Under the pieces are notes generated by a model. It was not told where the DNA came from. It ran no database searches and saw only the letters and a list, made by a program, of their open reading frames with translations. From Lingula anatina (Eukaryota; Animalia; Brachiopoda): a stretch of DNA of 64,000 nt. Shown here one piece after another: positions 1 through 21,536 of this stretch. The stretch spans positions 50,756,788-50,820,787 of the forward strand of contig CM120640.1 in the NCBI GenBank assembly GCA_051362555.1, read 5' to 3'. Each line of letters begins with the position of its first letter. Within the stretch, counting starts at the first letter, position 1. The translations under genes and the position numbers were made by a program.

Positions 1-810
1 AGTCTCCTCATAAAGCCAAGATTTTGTTCTAGAACGATTCATCCGGGTGCGGGATTATATTGACCTTCACCTTCCTTCACTGAGTGTAAACAGGAAAGCA
101 GTTTTAAATGAGTTAATTGGTAGGTAAATTATCTTTTACTTATTTGCATAAGATCTACAGTGCATACGTAACTACTGTTTATTCTACCTAGAAGTCTTAT
201 ACACGCTGAAGTCTTTGATTTTTCTAAATCCATTTATTTGGTGGCTTTGATCAATGGCAATGCATCTGTTATTCAAATAAATTAGTTTTAATTAACTTTT
301 ACTAGTTTTAGTATTTACTTGATTTTTCATTGTTCAACCCTTAGTACGTTATAAAAACAAAACAGTGTTAGCGGAAGTTGGTGAATTTGCTAACAATGTT
401 CAATAACAATGGTATGAAACCTCTCTTAACACAGTTAAGGGCTAGAATATGGGCATTTCTAAATATTAATTACATCACATATAGATGACCTAATTGATGA
501 AATTAAATCATGTTACACGTCAGAATTAAAATTACATTAATACTATTAGGGTATAGGATATGAATGTTTCTGGATGTTAATTTCATCACTTTAACATAAA
601 TAAGATGATGGAATTTATAAATTTAAATTACAACACAGGCTTATTATGAAAGCATAACAAAATTTATAGATCTACAATAGTCAAGTGAAATTTACAGTTT
701 TACCATGAAATTTTGTTTTAAGAAATATAAAACAAAAATTTAAATACAAAATTATTGTCTAACATAATTCATTATTCTAATTGTACATTAATTGCAATAA
801 TAAAAGGGAA

Positions 811-1742
811 ATCATCATCATCATCATCATTTAGAGCCTATAATGTTCCACTGTTGGACAAAGGCCTTAGCTGCAGCATGCTTTTTCCATTGTTTCCTAT
901 CCTGAGCCTCAGATTTCCAGTTTGGCCAAGGTTTCTTCTTCCAAGACTTCCAGTAGTCATCTAATTCATCCCTCCATCGTTTGACCGGCCTTCCTCTTTT
1001 TCTTTGTCCATACCTTGGGGTCTATTCTGTAAGCCTGATTGTCCACCTATTGTCCTTCATTCTTTTGACATGTCCTGCCCACCTCCATTTAATTTCTTTA
1101 ACTGTGAGCAGTACGTCCTTAACTTTGGTCTGTTCACATAACCATACATTCGTTTTCCGCTCTCTTGGACTGATGTTCAACATAATTCTTTCCATCTTTC
1201 TCTGAGCTACTTGTAGCTTGTGTTCCATGGAGGCATTCAGTGCCCAGGTCTCTGAACCATAGGTGATTGCCGGCAGCACACAAGCATTGAACACTTTCTT
1301 TTTCAGGCAGGTAGGAAGGTTGCTCTTGAAGATGTCATTGTGCTTCTCATGTGCTGCCCATCCTGCTTATATCCTTCGTTGGATTTCTTTCTCCAGTGTT
1401 CGATCACTTAGGCTGAACCGTTGCCCAAGGTATATATGCTCTTCTACTGCTTCTATCTCTTTTGTGTTGACCTTCACTGTGCAAGGGGTGGTTAGTGGTC
1501 CAAACATCACCTTTGTCTTGCTGGTGTTCATCTTTAGCCCACTTTTTGCGCTTTCATCTGCTAACGCCTGTAGCATTTCTTCAAGGTCTTTTGCATCATC
1601 TGCTACTATTATGTCGTCTGCAAACCTAAGGTGATTGAGCCTGGTACTGTCTATGTTTATGCCCTTGTCCTGCCAGTCTAGATCCCTGAATATACGTTCC
1701 AATGCTGCTGTGAACAGTTTAGGAGAGATTGTATCTCCTCTG
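811..1742 (-). mobile_element. 5'-truncated, frameshifted non-LTR retrotransposon (RTE-like LINE), reverse transcriptase C-terminal part with (GAT)n tail
   Basis: Minus-strand ORFs 1367-1702 (GINIDSTRLNHLRFADDI...GLKMNTSKTKVM...YLGQ) and 1022-1294 (VLPAITYGSETW...KWRWAGHVKRMKDNRWT) are in different frames. The (ATC)n repeat at 811-830 forms the 3' tail. RT homology stops near 1742. Confidence 0.9.
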
Positions 1743-3174
1743 TCGGTGCATTGGCCTGGGCGTGACGCTTGTTGAAACGCACACTTGTCAAAAATTTTGA
1801 AAAATCAATGCTAAATATATCCCAAACTGAAGGAATTATGGGAAAAATTTCTATAGATGACTGACCGAAAATCAGATGTGGAGATTTCAAATATGCTCTC
1901 GGAAAAGGGAAATATGAAGGCCAAATTTCATGTACTGTCACATCTTATATGGTATAGCTTTAATATACTAGCTTGACACAAATCACAATTTGATCTTTAA
2001 CACATTTAGTTTGGCAAAACCTTACTAGTAATGGAAACTAATTAGAATAGGGTAAAATCATGATACTTAACCTGTTGGTACATATACCTACTATTTGCAG
2101 AATAATTGAATCTCATTTGTTATCAGTGTGGGTGGATGTATGCAATGTAGAGATTTTGTATTCTTTATATTTGCACAACCACATAATCTTATCTTTTTTT
2201 TCTTGGCACCACTGTGGATGTAAACAGTGATCTACATTCTATATCAAATGTATAATAATATTATATTGACATTAATGATTGGACTACTTAACAGTACTTG
2301 TGTATATAAAGCTTTATTCAATTCAAGTTATTAAAAAATGGGTGGCTAATGAACAATCTAATTTCTTTGCTAATTATTGATTTCTTTGCTAATTATTTAC
2401 AAACTCCATAATATAAGGGTCTATATTCATCAGATCACTGTCTGTTTCTCTTGTTACCATTTCTAGTATTGTTGGTGTCCAAAAAGGTTGTTGTTCACCC
2501 TATAACTTCTAAACTATGTTTTGTAAATTCTTCAAATTTACAGAGTGGGATTGTTTGTTTGCTAAAATGCAGGTTAAGTCAGAAAATTAGCATGATCAGA
2601 TCTTATTTATGAAAGTTATTGATTTTTAAAAATCTGTATTGGTGATGTTTTTTCCCATAAATGCTATTTTTTTTGTTAGTTAATAAATTTACTTAAAATT
2701 TACAAGTGAGCTTCATTTGATTAAAAGAAAGGGTTTTTAAAAAATCAGTGAAACAATTTGTCATAGAAGTTGCTGATTTTTTAAAGATGAATATTTGGGA
2801 TATTAACCCAATAACTGTCGATAAACCACATTTTAAAAATAAATTAAGTTTTAAGCCATTTCATTTTTTTTAAGAAAGAGACAGTTTAAGTGTGTTTTAG
2901 TTAATAAGAAATTAGTTCAATCTGTTAGGAGTTTCACTGTGGCACAATTTGACAATATTTCAATTTTTTTTGTATTTAGAGGCATTTCAGTATCATTCAC
3001 AGCATAACTGATAAACTACTTCAGTTTAGGTTAAAATTTATTTATTTTGTTGATATATAATATTGCCATATTTTTATTATATTTAATAACTCTTTTACCA
3101 TCCAAGCTCATTAGACGTCAGTTACTCTAGATCAGTTTCTTTGAATTTCTTTATTTAATGTCTGTATAGTTTCC

Positions 3175-3181
<7 letters not shown>

Positions 3182-3206
<25 letters not shown>
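3182..3206. repeat. (TG)n microsatellite
   Basis: Direct dinucleotide run. Confidence 0.9.
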
Positions 3207-3729
3207 AAAAAGTCCATGTGATCATTTCCTGACTGTTGTACAGAATCTCACAAAGTATAGAATATCGCAATGACGTGATTGACCAGGAAATCCATGGGCT
3301 TGTAAATGTCATATTTTTTGTTTCTTTTTTTTGTCTCCTGCTGGGTACTTTAATATGTGTCTCAGTGTAAATTTTGTAGTGGGAGTTTTGTTTCCTAATG
3401 TGATTGTGACTCATAGGCACTTGACAACAAACATACACCCATAAATATTTTGAAAAGTTCAAAAAGAGATATTCATATTATTCATTATACATAATTTTCT
3501 TTAAGTTCATTTTATATTCGTAAAATAAAGATTTCTTATCCTTTTTCAGTAGTTGTGAAAAGTGAATTGCATGAAATTTTAGTAATTGGTGGGATTTGAA
3601 GGGTTGAACAGAAAGATGTGAATCTTCCATGGATGTGACTGCCTTATGACAAAACTTCATTTGCTGCCTGTGATAAAAAAGCTTAAATTTGATTGAAAAC
3701 TGTTATTAAATCAATTTAATTTCTTTCAG

Positions 3730-6700
3730 GTTTAACAGATTTACCACTCCCAGAAGGAGCGTTCTTTCCATATCAGTGAGTAAATTTCTTGTTATGAAAT
3801 ATATGTCCTAAAGGTGGGCATTATTTGTTCCTCTAATACCTTTGTCAAATAGTTGAATGAGTTGTGATTTAATTTTAATTTTTTTCTCAGTGAAACCAGT
3901 GTTCAATAAAATAAATAAATAAAGGATAAAGTATACACAGTCCACTTAAATAAAGCGGCAGTGTATGATTTGTTGAGGAGAGGTTATATACCATCAATCT
4001 CACATTATCTCGTAATTGCAATTGACATGGCCAGTGAAGTATAATGTGAATATAAGCTTATCGTGTGCCCAGGGAATAGGGAGGCTATGCACTATCTGCA
4101 CTAGCCAACATGATGGAAAACATGACTTTGTGGTTTATACTAAAAACATCACATTGCACCCTGCAGGCGAGCTTCTTCATTTTGAAATCTCCCTGCCAGT
4201 GACTAGAAGGCATCTATCACTTATAGGCAGGCATATGAGTGAATTTAAAAATGATGAGGCTGATCAGAAAGGAATTTGAAAGTCAGGGTATTGCACAGCA
4301 GATCAGGTACTGTTTTTAATATTGTATCAAAACATTTACATTAAGCATTTACATTTACATTGTGCACAGCATTGAAGTGTGCTGGGGCGTTTTCATAAGA
4401 AGTCTAAAGTCTAAACTTTGGAGGGGAAATTTAAGCATCAGTAATATTTACTTAAGGCTTAGTCAGCTAAGTTACATTTCCAAAATCTCAAAAGTCACTT
4501 GCCTTATTTTGTTTTGTTTTTTTCTGTCTTTTAATTATGCCATTTTAGTAAATTGTGACTGTCTTGACAAAGGTTTCAACTCTCGCTGGTGACAGTTGCC
4601 CATTTTGATATTTGTCTAATACATCAGACTTTAGTCAATCATTCATATTAACTCTTAAAAAATTGACATTGTAATGTCCATCTAAGACTATTATGATCTT
4701 ATTTCAATATTGCAAAATCGGCTTTACAATTTGGTTTTAACAATCAAAGCTTTGTCCAAGAATTTAAGACTATGAAAACCCCCTGTCAGTTGTAAATTGT
4801 TTCTTCACCTAAAATGGGATTTCTTTATTTTTTTATTTATTATTATTTTATTATTATTATTATTTTATTATTTATTTATTTATTAATTTATTTATTTTTG
4901 TCATTCACATCAGTTTTGCATTTTTAAATTATTATTATTATTATTTTGGACAGACACCATTTGTCTGGACATCCAGCAATCACCTGTCTGTTGATAGTGT
5001 TAGCTTGGCATTAGAGTTACCGTGCACTTTATTAAGTGAAAAAACAGGTATTTTATTATTCTGTAACTTACAGAAATGATTCAAAGTGCTAATATACAGC
5101 TCAATTTCAAAAACCAGTATGACAAACCTATCATAAATTCTTGAAGCTACAAAGTTTGTTTTTTTTTTTATTTTTATTTCTTATTTTTCACACATTGGCA
5201 TCTTTGTGATCATTTGAAAGATTTGCTGCCTTGTATTGTAAATACTTTTAAAATCTTTTTTATCCTGTTTGGTGTCTGTATTTTGCCATTCTTTTCTGTC
5301 TAGTTTTATAATGTCAACACACTTCACGTTGTATTGTTTTCTTTCAGGCAGAGAAAGACTTTGAAAGGGAAAAAAAGAAACTAGAAATGTAGGTGTTAAA
5401 TCGAATATGTATCATTTATCTGTTTCTTGGAAGGCTGTAATTTGAATTTAGGTGTAATAGGTGATATTTCACTTGAAAGAATAAATACAGAATGCAAAGA
5501 CATATATTTAGTCAATTTTCTGTAAAGCATATTGGAAGTAGTATCTGTGAAAAAAAAAAACACGTCATATTGTCATCCACTTAGTTTCATTAAATGCAAC
5601 ACCAAATTAGAGAAAGGAATTAGAGAAAGGTTAGATGAAGACAAAGGTTCCATAACCATTGCATATTTTTTTAATTTACTGTTTAACATGCTGCTGTATT
5701 TTTCCATTTAGTACACTCAGTGGCTGTTAATACTACTGTTGCATAAGCAAGTTTTTTGTGTCAAAAAGAGGCCAAAATGATGTTTATTTATTTATTTTTC
5801 TTTGGTTGTTTGGCAGGTGTGGTATGAAATTAAAGTTGGTGACATTTTAAAATGTTTACACTTTTTGTCAAAGATTTAGTTTGAAATACTTGTTTCTGTT
5901 TTGTATCTTGTCAGTGCACACAGGAACTATTTAAATTAGCAATCAACACTGCAAGTAGTGTTTTTAAGCTTATTAACTGTTATATATTTGAGTTGAGGGG
6001 CTTCATTCTGTCTGTAAAGATTAACTTGATTTGAAACATGGCAGATCAAAAATGGTCTAAGATTCATCATGCTGATATCATATGCCCATAATAAGTTTTA
6101 ACAATTATTTTTGGTTATGTTTTCAGTTTTACCACATTGATTTAGCAGTGTTTGGTTTAGGGGGAAGGGAAATGTTCTTTTTGTAAGAAAAGCAGTAAAC
6201 TTTTTTTATGGGATATTGACATTCTTATTTTAGTCTAGATGAAAGGAGTAAGAAGCTATATAAGGACATGAAGAGATGTACAGAAGCTGCTGCAGGTATA
6301 TTAAAAATTGATTTCTATTGATGGGAGGATTTCTTATTATATAAATCTTCAGTCAGTGATAACCTGTCCAATGCATCATGTCTTGCAGGTGCATGGAAGG
6401 CAATATTGACAAATCACATGTCATTAGTGTGTCTTCTTTTATTGATGATTGGTCTTTTTTATGAGGAATTTCAATAGTCTGAGAGATAATTTAAAAAATA
6501 TTCCTTCTTCCATCTTTTGAAACTTGAAAAGTGTTAGAATATGAAATAAACAACTTTGGTTAAGGCAGCATTCCCATAAACCCATCATACTAGGTCAATT
6601 ACTGAATCAATTTAACACTGCGGGGCTTCTTCCTAAATTGCATTCAGTGCAAGCAGCTTAAATGTTTGGCATGCTTACTCAAACTGCTAGGGGATAATTA

Positions 6701-8562
6701 AAAATTACCCCCCCCCCCCCCAACCCCAGTTACTCAAGAGGGCGTGCCAGGCAATCGAGCTAATTACATGGAAAGCACTTTAACAAGAACCCCTGCAGAG
6801 TTAGATCGATCCAGCCAGTATGACGGGTTTATGGGAATGCAGTCTAAATGTCATACATATACTCAGTTAATTTGTAACCAAATTCACTGTGTGTGATTGT
6901 TGCCATTATCTACCAGTTTTCAAATTTTGAAATTGTGAAAGTAGCCATGAATTCTTGCATTGCAGCACTGTCTAAATGTGAAAGTAAGATGAGTCAGGAT
7001 TTAGTGGCCAGTTCCTTATGCCAGAGTGAACCAGACCTTTTGTTACTAGTGGAGGATTGGAATGCTGCTGTTGTAAGGCTGGATCTTTTAATGCAGGAGA
7101 TGGTAAGGTGGTTGAATGAACAGTTTTACCTGCAGTTTTTAGTTCGAACTGAATAATATGAATATTAGATTCCTGGAATGTTTGGATTTATTGTGCCATG
7201 ATGTGTGCAGTGCTGTGGTAGTATGTTTATACTGCCTCATTTCATTTTTCCGGTGTTGTTGTTTTGTTTAGAATATTTTTGTGAATACACAATGATTTTT
7301 ATTTCAATAAGTTAATTTATAATTATGCTTGAAAAATGTGAAGATTTGGTCCTACAAATAGTTCAGGGACAAAAAAAAAAAAAAAAAAAAGTTCTTGAGG
7401 GGTGACTGAACTAAGTTACTTTCATGCCATTGAAATTGATGAGCTTATTAGATACATTTGTCTTTAACTGGATCTGATTGTCATTGTCTACAGAGGCTGC
7501 TATTTCTGTCTTTATTTCAGAACACGAATGCCCAAAAGGCTGTTGTTGAGCCCATGAAAAAGTGAGCGAAGAGTACTGTAAATGTGGTCTACAAAAATAG
7601 CATTGAATCACCAGAAATTTTTAGTTTGATTTTGAGTAGTTTAAATATATATTGGATTAGTGGTTGGCAAAGACACTGAATATGGATTCTTGATTTATTG
7701 ACAGAGGTCATATTAATTATTCAGTAATCATTTCAAAATGCAGTCATGTTCTATGTAGCTATATTGAAGAGTTAACTTATGTGCAGGTGGCATTGTTTCA
7801 TTTTATATGGGTAAACATTAAGAGACCTCAGAGTTTATGACTTGTGTTCTATTTACCTTTTTTCTCAGCTTTGACCTAAAGTGTGTGTGATTCTTCCTTT
7901 GTGATTTCTTTCTTCTCCAGTGTAAAAAGTCTGACCTTTTCAGGTTCAACAGTGTGTTCCCCAGTGTCCAGTCTGCCATTAAGAAACGAGAGCAGAGTTT
8001 ACAGGTGATTGTCTTTGACTTTGTCTGTGATTCCACTTGAAACAACATTAAGTGGCAATGTTTGTTATCTGACCTTATAAGAGAAAACTTCATTTGATTC
8101 TTAACAAGACAATAAGGTGAACAAATAGCCTTTGTGTGATGTTGTTTAGCAGTGGTCCAGTGGGCAGGTTTTTATTAACCTCAATTCCAAGAAACTCTTT
8201 ATATCACCATTTAAACTACGCTGAGGGATCAGATGTAAAGCAACTCATTTCAAGGTTTAATTGAAATGATATATTTAGCATCAGAAAATTTGATAAATAT
8301 GATCTAGTTCACTTTAAATCAAAGGATGCATGCTTTCCTTAACCAATTTGCCAAAATGAAAAATAGTGCAATATACTAATCAAGTCTCATTTTTATTTTT
8401 TCAGGAATACAATAAATGCCAGTCAAAGGTTGAAAAATATCAGGACAGAGAGAGAACTGGGCCCACTGTTGTCAAATTGGAAAATGTAAGGCATTCATTT
8501 GCTATCATGTACTCCTGATGTTTATAGGCTTCAATGAAATGAGAAACGTTGCCCAACAGACA

Positions 8563-8612
<50 letters not shown>

Positions 8613-9393
8613 GCTTGCATCACACCTGGGGAGGCGTGTGAAAGGCGGAGAGACCATTAAAGGATTAGGCGGTTTTCCTTTCATGTATATCCGTCATGTT
8701 AAGTTCTCAGCCTCGGCTCTTCTCGACGTGATTGGGGCCATAGTCTTTACAATTATTGGTTTATAATGTGCAGATTGTTTACTTTAATTTGGTGAATTCT
8801 TTTTTTACCTATTATGTAGTTTATGTTATATAAGCATCTGTCATTCAGATACGTGTAAAAAACCGTAGGTTCAACCATCTGTTGTTAACAGTGTTTTCAT
8901 CATTTAATATCAGTTATATATTTAGCCATCTTATATTTATCTGTTTTCAGGCAAAGAAGGCCCTGAATGCAGCTAAAGAGGAGTTTGAGTACCTGAACAG
9001 CCAGTTGATGGAAGATATGCCAAGGCTTTATGAAGGCAGGATGGAATATTTCAGGCCTTGTTTTCAGGCACTGATCAGATCTCAGGTAGGTTGCAGTTGT
9101 GCTGTCTTTTTCATAAAGAATTACTTAACTGCAGTGATAAGTTTGTTGCATTGTAATTAAAAGGTGTATAGGGTCACTTGATAAAATTGCTGTTTAAATT
9201 CAAATTTAACATCTGACAAATATTATCTTTGTTCTTTCAGGTGGCTTATTTTACTGAAGCTTTTAAAATTTATACAGAATTATCTTTACAATTCAACAAA
9301 GTAACTGAAGTTCCTCCTGATGAAAAATATGACACTAGCCTACAACAAAAACTATCTGAAATCAAGTCGTTATCCATAGTAGCAGATGACTGA
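3730..9393 (+). CDS. BIN3: Bridging integrator 3 (BAR-domain protein), coding exons 2-10; first exon uncertain (candidate 108-119)
   Basis: GT-AG exons joining in frame: 3730-3775, 5348-5388, 6234-6295, 6966-7102, 7521-7561, 7944-8004, 8405-8485, 8951-9085, 9241-9393 (TGA). Translation includes AEKDFEREKKKL, VVEPMKKFNSVFPSV..AIKKREQSLQEY, EDMPRLYEGRMEYFRPCFQALIRSQV and the BIN3-type C-terminus LSEIKSLSIVADD*. Confidence 0.95.
6564..6844. mobile_element. MITE with ~28-bp TIRs and TAA target duplication (PIF/Harbinger-like), in a BIN3 intron
   Basis: Left end GGCAGCATTCCCATAAACCCATCATACT; right end AGTATGACGGGTTTATGGGAATGCAGTC; TAA on both flanks (6561-6563, 6845-6847). Confidence 0.85.
8564..8611. 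repeat. (TA)n microsatellite followed by poly(T)
   Basis: Direct sequence in the BIN3 intron. Confidence 0.85.
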
Positions 9394-10671
9394 GAAAGTC
9401 GAAATCCCATACCAGTAAAATGACAACCATAGAAATGCTTATTCAAGACCTAGTTCAATAAAAAAAGTCCACATAGAAACCAGACATAGACAACATTTGC
9501 TCTTATGAGATTCTTAGTAAATGTAAAACAATGTGATAATGTAATACTGAAATAATATTATTTTTGTCTGGAGGTTGCAATTGCAAGGATTATGAAGGGT
9601 ATGATATCAGCAATGAAAACTTAAAACTAATAATTTATGACTTGATTAATACTCCCTTTTCCATTTATTTTTTCCATTATATTTGCTGTCTTGAACACTT
9701 TAGTTAGGAAAAGGGAAAGTACATTTATCATCCAGTGTGTATCCATTGTAAACCTTACAATGGCATGGAGAGTTTAAATAGGACAACTTTTTAACAGGTT
9801 GTGTTGGGGTGAAGTTGCCTCATTGAAATGTATAGGCAAACATCTCAAGTACCTATGGAGTAGAGTGAGACAATACAAAGGCATTTTCAATTGCTCTTAA
9901 CCAAATCTGAATAGGCAACATTGAAATAAGATGGAAAAAGAAAGTCACACAAGCCCAGACTTCTTGAAAAACTTTACAAACAAACGCGAGTCATAAAACA
10001 CCCTCCATGTGGTCACTAAGTGGTGTTTGCAGTAACACATGTAATCTATGTAGTACAGTGGTGCCCTACATTGAAATGTAATTTATTGCCTCAGTTGTAG
10101 TCAGCTGGCCTGACCTTTTTTCCCTACATCTAATAGCTGTAAGATTGTATTTGTTGTAAAAGAGGAATTATAAATATGGCCATTTTTGCACAAGATATGT
10201 ATAGAATGAGTATGTATTGGGTAGTGCAACATGAAACGTGTCACATTTCTTATTATGAGAAATAAATACAAAAATAAAACAGATCTTTATTCTTCATTTA
10301 AGTGTCAGATTTACCTTAAAATAACTGGTATTGCAAAACATGAAAGACCAAATAATAGCCAGCATTGATCCTAAACAGATATATTTGAAAATGTTCAATA
10401 ACAGCCTCATAATTTGTTTAGTTCTAGTTTAATCTTTGAGCAGCTTTTTTTTTCTTTTTTGATTAAATTTTCTTGGCACTAATTTTGGGAACAAACCTTT
10501 CCAGGTCTCTATACTTCACAGTAATCTCTATTGTGCATAATTTATCAACAGTTGTTGCACAATGTGGTTTGAACTGATTAAATATACAACATCACTGACC
10601 TTGGAACAAAATTAATTGTTACACCATGAGACAAAGAGCCCTTAAAAAGACAAAAATAATTATATACTTAA

Positions 10672-10983
10672 AGGGATAATAACTTTGTTTCGGCCAAAAA
10701 ATGAATTTTCCTGGAGTAAGCAACAATTTTCCCGTACTTGCCAATGGTTAATGAATCCATTTTTACATTCAAAGTTAGTCCCTGGTTTTTTTCTAAAAAG
10801 TTTGGTTTTTTCTCAGAGTATAGCCATCAATGGAGGTCACGTGGTCTAAAGACAAGCTCAGATATCAGAATAATAACTTTAACTGCCGAGTTTGTGGTAA
10901 AGCAGAATATATTATATTTCTATGAGTTATTCACAATGTTTTTATTGTGAAATATAGATCTCATACAAAGAGTTATTATCCCT
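10672..10983. mobile_element. Non-autonomous DNA transposon with TTAA target duplication (Kolobok-like)
   Basis: TTAA-AGGGATAATAACTTTGT ... ACAAAGAGTTATTATCCCT-TTAA: inverted termini starting with purines, flanked by TTAA. Confidence 0.8.
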
Positions 10984-12141
10984 TTAAAATGTTTACTAAT
11001 CACATACCACTATTAAGAACAGAACCTGGGACTAGATGGACAGTAAAAGATTTTCACTGTTTATAATAACACTTATAAAAAAAATAGACAAGAAGGTTAA
11101 AAAAAACTGGCTATAAAACCAATTGCACTAAAAATTTTACCCTAGACACATCTTCAGGTACAACATAAAATTTCAAATTAAATAAAATATTAAATTTGTA
11201 TTTGCTACATATTTGTAAGCTTATACTTAGAAGGGCTGAACCTATGCAAAATGCTGATAAAAATTTTTAGTTAATTTACTTATCATGTCTTGTAATTTTG
11301 ACAAAAAGTCACTGCATGTGATGTTATTCGTTCATGAATATTTTGTTCCAGTCAAAATGAACAAGACAAACTTTGTATCTCCCTGCCACACACACATAAA
11401 CAAACGCTATAAAGATAATAGAATAAAACAAAATTTACATACACCTCTACAAGCTGTCAAAACACTAGAAATAGTCAACACCAAACTGTACTATATGTAT
11501 GAATACCCGGACAGAACAAAATGTGAAACTCTGAATTTTGTAATCATGTTATCATGATAACACTACAATGGACATTGGGCCTCTTATATAATGTAAGATA
11601 AATTATCTTAATCAAAATCAAGGTATCTGCATTTCAATATAGTTAGTCCCATGAATATGAATAGTATTTAATATCTAACATACTATGTTGACTTCATAAT
11701 TAGCCGTTACACCGGGTCCATTCAAGTATAATCCTCAAACAGGCTTGAAGAACATATTAATAACATATTTACCTTATGGCTTATAGGTTCTACTTTACCT
11801 ACATCATTCTTCTTTGAGAAATTCATGTTTATGATTGTAAGTTAGTAAATGCAGCCAAATAATATGCAAAGCTACATAAAGATCTACATGTAACATAAAC
11901 ATATTATGCCGAGAATCTTTTCTTCTTAAAAGTTATTTACAATTTTGCCGTGAATGATCATAATATTTGAGTGAAAGGACACTATCACAGTGAACATAAC
12001 CAGAATCTGATATATGCCAGTGAGTTGTATCCTAAAATGAAACTGCTGTTTGTATTCATTTTGTCTAAATGTGACACATGACTGGAGAAAAAAAGCCAGA
12101 TATACTACTAATGCCATGTCGCAGGTAAGTTCATTGTCAAC

Positions 12142-21224
<9,083 letters not shown>

Positions 21225-21536
21225 CTCTGGTCCTTATTCCTCACGGATCAGGCAAGTATTTCTCCTTTTTTATGTCATTCATGCTTCACATTCCGAAGTT
21301 TGTTTTCACCGGAACCACGTATAGCGCATGTCAAGCAAGATACTTCCGCTTTCCAAATTGGTTATTGCAACCATTTGTATTACAATAAGAATCGAACAAC
21401 GTAACTACTTTTTCTCTTAAGAAAACAGGTAGTAATTATTGTATCCAATGATGTTAACTTTTGCCCTTTTTATTCATTAATAGCGCACCTTTTTAGAAGT
21501 AACGCGAGAACCCACGTGATCTCAGTGTAACCAGCA
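21225..21536. promoter_or_regulatory. Bidirectional promoter and 5'UTRs shared by FHIP2 and FNTA
   Basis: Divergent ATGs 312 bp apart; locally CpG-richer; ETS-like CCGGAA (~21309) and ACTTCCG (~21342), GCGCATG (~21324), E-box CACGTG (~21513). Confidence 0.75.

Noticed and set aside
386-416. ATG TTC AAT AAC AAT G|gtatga as BIN3 exon 1
   Set aside because: Wrong phase for exon 2 and no similarity to BIN3 N-termini.
2455-3010. Possible degraded DNA transposon in the upstream BIN3 intron
   Set aside because: Could not define matching termini or a target-site duplication.
8514-8552. CTGATG...GAAAC resembling a hammerhead ribozyme core (also CTGATGA...GAAA at ~13365)
   Set aside because: The core is non-canonical or the flanking helices cannot be paired.
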